A stretch of 64,000 nt of DNA from a virus (lineage: Duplodnaviria > Caudoviricetes): IMG/VR virus record IMGVR_UViG_3300042013_000103; one strand, 5' to 3'. The notes beneath the pieces were generated by a model. That model had not been told where the DNA came from and ran no database searches. It saw only the letters and a program-made list of their open reading frames with translations. The position numbers and the translations under genes are program-made. Positions 57,557-64,000 of the stretch are shown here, piece after piece; the stretch's first letter is position 1; every line of letters starts with the position of its first letter.

Positions 57557-57805
57557 TCAGCTATTGACCACGGCCCACAGTTGCTCGGACAGCAGTGGTA
57601 CACCAGCGCCGATGACCGCAACCAGGTCGTCTTTCCCGGCTTCGTCGATGTGCACAACCTGCACGCCGTAGTCGCCTGCTTCCAGGGTTTCCACGGTCAG
57701 CTTGACGCCGGCTTTCACGCCATCGAGGTAAGTTGCTTCAGCTGGGGTTTCCAGAGCGGCAACAGCGGTTTCGAGTTTGGTAACGAGGCTAGCTTGAGCA
57801 GACAT
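57557..57805 (-). CDS. small acidic protein, paralog B
   Basis: LET...YL..KAG.K..VETLE...QLWA.VN shared with paralog A. Confidence 0.75.
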   Translation of the reverse strand: MSAQASLVTKLETAVAALETPAEATYLDGVKAGVKLTVETLEAGDYGVQVVHIDEAGKDDLVAVIGAGVPLLSEQLWAVVNS

Positions 57806-57874
57806 GGGTGATTCCTTGTGTGTTTTATGGATGTTGCGGTAGAACTGCTATTAGATGGGGTGCCTGAGTAGATC

Positions 57875-58300
57875 TTAGGCGAGCTCAGCTTCGACCAAGA
57901 TGTCCCATTGGGCTTCAGTGCCCGTGAACCCTTGGCGTTGGGCCAACTGGAACACCGACGGTTCATCTTGGACTTCGAGGGCCTGGGGTTCATCGAACCC
58001 GTAACGCACCAACAACGTCAGTTCTTCGGCGCACAGCGGATTGGAGATCACATAGCGCCCTGTGTTGAAATCACACACGATCGAACAGAGCAACTGTCCA
58101 TTACCATTGTAAAGGGACGTGATGGCCTGGTTGTTGGCGTGCACCTGTTGGATCTTGACGCCCTCGAGGAACTCGCCTTCGTTTAAATAAGCTGCTGTCA
58201 CTTCAAAACTGGTCAGCCAGTCGGTATTCGGCAAAGTGGCGATGACTTCACGACACATGCCACGGGCAGGGCTTCGGACCAAACGAGATGTACACTCCAT
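57875..58300 (-). CDS. hypothetical protein
   Basis: 141 aa ORF. Confidence 0.6.
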   Translation of the reverse strand: MECTSRLVRSPARGMCREVIATLPNTDWLTSFEVTAAYLNEGEFLEGVKIQQVHANNQAITSLYNGNGQLLCSIVCDFNTGRYVISNPLCAEELTLLVRYGFDEPQALEVQDEPSVFQLAQRQGFTGTEAQWDILVEAELA

Positions 58301-58722
58301 CAGTTGTTGACCTCGTCGAACAACACCTGGGCGTGTTTCACGACACGGCTGTATTCCGCAGTGTCGTGCTTGTAGTTGACCTGGCCCATGATCGAACCCT
58401 TGCCTTCTTCGGTACGGTTGAACAGGAACGACGCGGTGGACGAACCGCCGATGCCGTAGGACAGGCCCACTTCAGCGATTTCCGGTTTCTTGGCCCAGAG
58501 TTTGGCCACTTGTTCGGAACCCACCAGCGCCACGGCGGTGAACAGGTTGCTTTCCTGACGCTGCATCTTTTTATGCTGCTCAGGGGTGATGCCGACTTCG
58601 TCGAGCACGACGGTTTTGTAGAGGTCATCCAACGCTGGGAAAGCCCCGGCGTCGTCGATCAGCAGTTTCTCGCGCAGGGCGAACTGATCAGCGAATTGAC
58701 TGGATTTGAGTTCTTTGGACAT
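58300..58722 (-). CDS. hypothetical protein
   Basis: 140 aa ORF, AAGGAA SD. Confidence 0.75.
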   Translation of the reverse strand: MSKELKSSQFADQFALREKLLIDDAGAFPALDDLYKTVVLDEVGITPEQHKKMQRQESNLFTAVALVGSEQVAKLWAKKPEIAEVGLSYGIGGSSTASFLFNRTEEGKGSIMGQVNYKHDTAEYSRVVKHAQVLFDEVNN

Positions 58723-58782
58723 GATGGTATTTCCTTTTGATTAACGGGTTTAACCTAACCGCACGGCCGCGGGTAGGTGCAT

Positions 58783-59424
58783 TTATTTAGGGGTGTCGTT
58801 ACCCGCCGGCAGGATGGAACGGCAGTTGTAAACACCCCATAAGTCTTGCGTGTCACATTGCGGTACAATCCCCACGGTAAAAGAGGGGGCGATGTCAGAG
58901 CGCGACTTCAGGCGCGTAATGAGCCCGGTGTCGTCACTCAGCACCACGCCGGTGTCGCAGTTGATGGTAAAGATGAGTAGCCACGAATTCGGGTTTATCA
59001 CACCGCGGTAATCCTCGAAGTCACCGAGGTCTACCACTCTACGGTCATGATGAACCCCCACGACTTGACGCCGCTTATACATGCCATCGAAGTAGACAAC
59101 AATGTCCGATTCGAACGATGGGTAGTTGAGGGTGATCCACTCATTACCTTGTTTGAACTCGATGTGAGTCATCACGTAGCGGAACGTGGGATCGCCGCAT
59201 TCGTGCAGGTCGTTGGCCATTACCCAACCGCTGTCGGTTTCAGCCAAGACAGTTTCGCCTAGGACATACTGAGCGAAGATGTCCTCAGGTTGCACCGGAT
59301 CGCCCTCCAACGAATTGAAGAAGGTCAGGTTCAAACTGGGAACGTCGAACATCTGCCACTGGCCGGTTCGACCGTTGAGCATTTGGGAATGGATACGACT
59401 CTGTGTAGCCAAGGGTTCCGTCAT
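58783..59424 (-). CDS. hypothetical protein
   Basis: ATG 59424 after AGGAA. Confidence 0.65.
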   Translation of the reverse strand: MTEPLATQSRIHSQMLNGRTGQWQMFDVPSLNLTFFNSLEGDPVQPEDIFAQYVLGETVLAETDSGWVMANDLHECGDPTFRYVMTHIEFKQGNEWITLNYPSFESDIVVYFDGMYKRRQVVGVHHDRRVVDLGDFEDYRGVINPNSWLLIFTINCDTGVVLSDDTGLITRLKSRSDIAPSFTVGIVPQCDTQDLWGVYNCRSILPAGNDTPK

Positions 59425-59444
59425 AACAGTTCCTGTATCGGGGG

Positions 59445-59708
59445 TTACAAGTAACCATGTGCAGCCAACCACCGTCGCATGGTCACTTCGAACTCGTCGT
59501 CGACCAGTTGCTTGACTTTCGTCGCGATGGTGCCGTTGGTGATCCCGGCCTGCAACTCTTCTGAGGTGAGGCCGGAGCAGACCCGAGCGTAACAGTCGAT
59601 GGCTTGGGTGGACATGTGCAGGGTGAGTTCTTTCAGATCGTCAGCATTGGTCATACCACGCAGGATACGTTCGAGGGGATCAGCCTCGTTCAGATAATCG
59701 TCGTTCAT
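59445..59708 (-). CDS. hypothetical protein
   Basis: 87 aa ORF with GAGG SD. Confidence 0.65.
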   Translation of the reverse strand: MNDDYLNEADPLERILRGMTNADDLKELTLHMSTQAIDCYARVCSGLTSEELQAGITNGTIATKVKQLVDDEFEVTMRRWLAAHGYL

Positions 59709-59799
59709 TTTTAGTTACCTCTATCTACCAAAATAAAAACGCGTAAAGTTACATGGCGTTATCCTCTAAGTAAGTAGCTTCACTTTAAAATACACCTCA

Positions 59800-59830
59800 G
59801 TAATATAGTCTTGAGTTATTTTGGAATATA
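59800..59830 (-). promoter_or_regulatory. early promoter
   Basis: TATATTCCA-N12-ACTATATTAC. Confidence 0.75.
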
Positions 59831-59840
59831 ACGACATAAC

Positions 59841-59860
59841 GCTTCTCCCGGAGGAGAAGC
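59841..59860 (-). terminator. intrinsic terminator
   Basis: gcttctcc-cgga-ggagaagc. Confidence 0.7.
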
Positions 59861-59870
59861 TATTATGGTG

Positions 59871-60548
59871 TCAATTCCCTTGATGGGTACCTTCCGTTCC
59901 TTCTGCTTGACGGCGCGCGGTTCGCGCTTTCGACAGGGCCAGGATTGCCCGTACATGAAACAGCATCTTCTCGTTTTCGGCACAGGCAAAACGCCCTTCC
60001 TGAAAACCTTCCAACACAATCTCTTGCACTTTGGCCAGGTCTTCCAACGTGACCCCGTTCAACCCTACCTCCGGCACCGCCCCGTTCTGCAGGACAATCA
60101 CCAATTGCGTGGCGATACTGTCCGCATCCTGTTCTTCCCGGGCCGGGTTGTCGGTGGCGTCAAACCCCGAGATCACAATGCGCTTCGGCGAACCCGAGGC
60201 GGCATCGGGGTACATAGCGTCGAACGTCTTGGCGCGGGTGGAGTCATTGCCTTGGACGGCGTCAAACTCTTCAAACCCGTAGATGCCCTGACGGCTCACC
60301 CACTGGCCTTTAACCCAAACCCAGGTGACGTTACGGACTTGGAACGCTTCGTCCTCCTTGGGGTGCTTGGGGAGGTCTGCGGTGCTATCCAGGGCCCGGA
60401 TCGTTGCCACGGTCTCCAAAGCCACCGTAATGTCCGCGGCCGTGACTTCTTCGTGGGTGCCGGCTTCATCCTTCACCACCCCGTCGTCACCGGCGGTAGT
60501 CTCGGGCAAATCTTTGGGGGTGATCACAGCTAACGGTGTCTCGGACAT
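59871..60548 (-). CDS. Tad1-like (Thoeris/CBASS signal sponge) protein with an N-terminal extension
   Basis: C-terminal LQNG..PEVGLNGVTLEDL...LEGFQEGRFACAEN..ML.HV..IL.....R..RR...G.EGT matches the Tad1 family pattern. Confidence 0.7.
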   Translation of the reverse strand: MSETPLAVITPKDLPETTAGDDGVVKDEAGTHEEVTAADITVALETVATIRALDSTADLPKHPKEDEAFQVRNVTWVWVKGQWVSRQGIYGFEEFDAVQGNDSTRAKTFDAMYPDAASGSPKRIVISGFDATDNPAREEQDADSIATQLVIVLQNGAVPEVGLNGVTLEDLAKVQEIVLEGFQEGRFACAENEKMLFHVRAILALSKARTARRQAEGTEGTHQGN

Positions 60549-60552
60549 AGTC

Positions 60553-61047
60553 TTAATCCACGTGGTTCATGGCCAGCTGAACCAGCAGGCGTTGAATAGG
60601 GGCCGGCAAATCAGCCGCTTCGGTTTTCACGACACTGAGGATCGCCGCGTTGCGCTTGAGCAGGTTCTTTTCCACCTTGCTGGTTTCCGCCGCTTCCAAG
60701 ATGGCGAACATCCCGGACCACGTGGTGTGGTGGTGGAACATGAGACTCTCCACCAAACCAATGTAGAGCGGGTCCTTTAACAGAGGGAACACCGTTTCGT
60801 GCACGCCGTGGTAATGGATCACGTTGGCCAACATCGCAGGGGACATGTCATGACCCACCTGCAAACGCATGTCGTTAGAAAGTAACCCGGAGACCAGTGA
60901 CGGGGCACCGTTCTGTAGGTACTCGTTAAACATCGCTTGTCGTCCATCAATGTTCAACAAGCGATAACCCAGCCGCTGTAACCAGTTCAACTTGAGCATC
61001 TGCCTTTCCTCGTGAATTAAGTGGGTACTAATACATACAGTACCCAC
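60553..61047 (-). CDS. hypothetical protein
   Basis: ORF; the real start may be MLKLNW. Confidence 0.6.
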   Translation of the reverse strand: MGTVCISTHLIHEERQMLKLNWLQRLGYRLLNIDGRQAMFNEYLQNGAPSLVSGLLSNDMRLQVGHDMSPAMLANVIHYHGVHETVFPLLKDPLYIGLVESLMFHHHTTWSGMFAILEAAETSKVEKNLLKRNAAILSVVKTEAADLPAPIQRLLVQLAMNHVD

Positions 61048-61057
61048 TCGAGTAGAT

Positions 61058-63112
61058 TTAGAAACGGTCGGTGGTTTGGGCGAACGCCGACAGGGTACGG
61101 GCGATGTCCCCGTCCAAGCCCCACGACATCAGGTTGGTGGGCGAACGCCAGCTGCGGAAGTTCTGCACGGCTCGGGTCAGGTTGAGGTTCAACCGTTTCC
61201 CAGCGTAATAGAAGTCCGCCCAGGTTTGTGACGTCAAGGTGCCCACGTAATCCTGGAACAACGACTGTTCATCCCACACGGCCCCTTCCGACAACGCGAT
61301 GCCCGTGGCCAAACCTGCTTCAGCGTTGCCCAAGGCCCCACCTATTTGTTCCGACGCCAACGCAGTGCCTGCCCGAGCCGCCGTGCCCAACCAGCTGTTC
61401 GAGGCAAAGCCGCCTTTCAACGGCATGTACATCAACTTTGACAGGTCTTTGAAGCTGATGCTGACTTCCAGGCCCAGCATGTCGTGGTCCGCGTTCCAAC
61501 CGATGTTACCGGTACCACGGCGTACGGTGATGTTGTCCACAATCCCCAGCTGCCGTTGTACGCGCCCTTGGTGGTAGATCTGTACAATGAACGGGGCGGT
61601 GTACGCCGACCGTCCAGCGGCCTTTGGGAGGCCCAAAGGCAGGATCATCGCCAAGGGGATGTACAGGTTCATGAACCGGGAGATCTTGTTCCCGTACGGC
61701 GACACCAAGGGAATGGTGTAACTCGCCGTCGGCAGTTGCGCTGTGGCCGATTCCCAGTATTCCGGCACGTCCACAAACGCCGAACCGGTCAGTGTGGCCA
61801 AGCCCGACATGTTCACCGAGTCGGCAGCACCCCCGATCACGCCTTTCACCATCGCAATGGCTTGCCCCACGCCTTCCGTGACGTTACCGCCCATGAAGTT
61901 GAACGACGCAGCGCGCCCTTCCTTGACCTTAGTGTCCAGTTGTGAAGCCACCCCCACTTCGGTGGTGGAGTTGCTGAACGATTCCGACACTTCCCCCGTG
62001 TAGTCCACCCGGAAAGTCACGAACTGCGAACCGTCCCGTTGTGCACCGATAATGAAATCGTACGACTGGGACAAGTCCGACCAGCTCGAGAAAGACTCCG
62101 TGTCGATGATCCCGCTGTCGCCGGACTTGTTGGTTTTGGCCAAATAGTCCAGGGCATACTGCCTCGCTGAAACCCCCGGGTTCGGGTCTTCTTGACTGGT
62201 CTTCTGCAGTGCCAACACCCCGGCCTTCAGTTCCGCGATCGTGGTGGCTTTCTCTTGGAGGGATCGCATGGCTTTTTGAGCCGCGTCTGATTTACGTTGA
62301 GTACGACCAGCAAGAGCCATAACATCGACACCACCTTCCTCGCGAAAGAAACCGGGGAAGATGCGGTGGAGTTCTTTGACGTCTTCATGGGTCACCTGCT
62401 GTCCTGGGTCTTCCATTGGTGCGGGCGTGTTGGCGTCCCCCATGATGCGGGGAGTGATGCCCAGACCAATCGCGAATTCATTGGCCAGTAGGTTCACGGC
62501 AGACCAGTACGCGTGCATGTTCGGTTTGAAGTAAAACCACTTCGAGGGGTTGGTTTTCTGCAGGAACGACATCACCCGGCTCGCCCCGGTCAGGCCGATG
62601 ATAAACGGTTGCAAGGGCAACGTAACAATGAAGCCCCCCACGTTCCCCAGGTTGTACCAGAGGCTCGACACTTGCCCGCTGTTGGCAAAGGCTGCCGCGG
62701 AACGGTCGTAGAAGTTCACGAAGAACCCCGACCAGCTGGAGAACCGAGGGTCCCCCACGGAAATGTGAATCTGTTGCCGTGTGTCATCGTGCGCTTCGGA
62801 ATAGTAACGTCCCATGCCCATGATGGCGTCTTTGTCTTCCCGACCGCGCCCGGGTAACCGGATGTCACAGTAACGGGTGTACTGCGGCAGGTTGTTGATG
62901 GTGTAGTTGCCGCCTAAGGTCGTGTTGGTGAACTTAAAGGCCGCGGACGTAGCGTTGCGTCGTCCGGTCTCGGAACCGAAAGACCCTTTCTCAAAGCTGG
63001 TGGGCACGAGGAAAGCTTGGCGCATGTTGATGGGCGTTGGAATCGTCGCCATAGCAATGCTCCTGTCTGGAAAATGCGAAATAAGAGACCTCCCCCGAAG
63101 GGAAGGCCTCAT
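61058..63112 (-). CDS. virion structural protein (phiKZ-like baseplate/tail tip)
   Basis: 684 aa, downstream of the lytic tail protein as in phiKZ-like gene order; start probably MATIPT. Confidence 0.6.
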   Translation of the reverse strand: MRPSLRGRSLISHFPDRSIAMATIPTPINMRQAFLVPTSFEKGSFGSETGRRNATSAAFKFTNTTLGGNYTINNLPQYTRYCDIRLPGRGREDKDAIMGMGRYYSEAHDDTRQQIHISVGDPRFSSWSGFFVNFYDRSAAAFANSGQVSSLWYNLGNVGGFIVTLPLQPFIIGLTGASRVMSFLQKTNPSKWFYFKPNMHAYWSAVNLLANEFAIGLGITPRIMGDANTPAPMEDPGQQVTHEDVKELHRIFPGFFREEGGVDVMALAGRTQRKSDAAQKAMRSLQEKATTIAELKAGVLALQKTSQEDPNPGVSARQYALDYLAKTNKSGDSGIIDTESFSSWSDLSQSYDFIIGAQRDGSQFVTFRVDYTGEVSESFSNSTTEVGVASQLDTKVKEGRAASFNFMGGNVTEGVGQAIAMVKGVIGGAADSVNMSGLATLTGSAFVDVPEYWESATAQLPTASYTIPLVSPYGNKISRFMNLYIPLAMILPLGLPKAAGRSAYTAPFIVQIYHQGRVQRQLGIVDNITVRRGTGNIGWNADHDMLGLEVSISFKDLSKLMYMPLKGGFASNSWLGTAARAGTALASEQIGGALGNAEAGLATGIALSEGAVWDEQSLFQDYVGTLTSQTWADFYYAGKRLNLNLTRAVQNFRSWRSPTNLMSWGLDGDIARTLSAFAQTTDRF
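63089..63106 (-). terminator. hairpin with UUCG loop
   Basis: cctcccc-cgaa-gggaagg after the stop at 63119. Confidence 0.55.
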
Positions 63113-63118
63113 TCAAGG

Positions 63119-64000
63119 TCAGCTCAAAGATACAGGTGGTGCGGTCTGCTGTGCAGATCTGCCTGTCGGAGCCGGACTAGTAGAGGACATACTATTGTCC
63201 CGCTGCTGGGTCAGGGTCTCTAACAAGACAACCATCCGTTGTTGGGCTGCTAATTGCAGGGCGCCGTTGTCCAGCATTTGCTGCTGGATGTTGATTTGCT
63301 CACCCACGTCCTTGGTCCGTAGTTGGTCTCTCGCTTTGGCCGCTTGGTACGCCGGGCTCAACCCCGCTGGGGCTGCAGGAGCAGCGTCCATTGGAGCAGG
63401 AGCGTCCGGGGCTTTCAGCATCCCAACCGGTCCGGTCGGGGCTTGGGCCTGTGGTGCTCCGCCACTGGTGTTGGTCGGGGTGGAACCCGATGGACCCGTG
63501 GTCGATGCGGCGGCTTTGGAGACGTTGTAGGCTTTGGCTTCGTCCAAGGCTTTCTGCCCAGCGTCCGTTTCGGGAGCTTTGGCTTCGGCCACCACGTCCT
63601 TCATCTGGCCTTCCATTGCCTTCGCCTTGGCCGCTTGTGCTTCCTCTGGCGTGGTCTCTTTGCCTTCCTGGGCTTTGTTGACCGAACTGTTGGCGCCCGT
63701 CCGGTGAGGTTTGATCTTCGCATCGAACAACGCGTAGACTTCCCCGATGGTGCGGGCTTGGCCGGCTCTGAAGTAGAAGATCGACTTGTTGGCCTGGGCT
63801 TGCGCCGGGAACAACTGCGCAGCAACGGCCCCTTGATCGGCCATCAAGAATCGACGTGCCGTTTCAGGACCAAAGAAGTGGGCACAGTACATGTCCACGT
63901 CCGTCGGTTCACGGCCCAACTTACCCGCCAGGAAGCGGTAGTTGTCGAGCATGAACAAACCACCCATCAGGGCGTTGATCCGAGGGTCCAGTCGCTGTTG
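63119..64000 (-). CDS. C-terminal part of a large tail protein with a soluble lytic transglycosylase domain (starts beyond the window)
   Basis: DPRINALMGG...MYCAHFFGP..A..F...FP.QA.AN..IFY; the frame stays open to the window edge. Confidence 0.75.
   Translation of the reverse strand, partial: QQRLDPRINALMGGLFMLDNYRFLAGKLGREPTDVDMYCAHFFGPETARRFLMADQGAVAAQLFPAQAQANKSIFYFRAGQARTIGEVYALFDAKIKPHRTGANSSVNKAQEGKETTPEEAQAAKAKAMEGQMKDVVAEAKAPETDAGQKALDEAKAYNVSKAAASTTGPSGSTPTNTSGGAPQAQAPTGPVGMLKAPDAPAPMDAAPAAPAGLSPAYQAAKARDQLRTKDVGEQINIQQQMLDNGALQLAAQQRMVVLLETLTQQRDNSMSSTSPAPTGRSAQQTAPPVSLS

Overview
The window is a segment of a phiKZ-like (Chimalliviridae-type) jumbo phage genome, most likely infecting Pseudomonas. 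This is inferred from repeated TATATTAC-type early promoters, phiKZ-style thymidylate synthase, NAD-dependent ligase, SNF2-type helicase and tail genes, and a Pseudomonas-type PhaZ. Almost all genes run on the minus strand. They form early modules in which a UUCG-loop terminator is often followed directly by an early promoter. A three-gene plus-strand island lies at 43.8-48.2 kb. Recognisable genes are thyA, ligA, dcd, tmk, two AAA ATPases, two GNATs, an SNF2-like helicase, a DEDD exonuclease, a SLOG/DprA-like protein, an SspB-like protein, PhaZ, a Tad1-like sponge, a probable major-capsid-protein fragment, and tail/lytic-transglycosylase genes at the right end. Two microprotein arrays stand out. 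(1) 28.1-31.0 kb: 14 overlapping 48-103 aa ORFs joined by a recurring ATGAAAT junction, so most start MKSxxEI(G/P/V) and all end in or near (N/H)EI; several are missing from the supplied ORF track and one resembles a DnaB-helicase fragment. (2) 41.6-43.3 kb: eight tandem ~70 aa ORFs, each with an N-terminal RKK, the last fused in frame to an AAA ATPase. All family assignments come from motif recognition by eye; no database searches were run.
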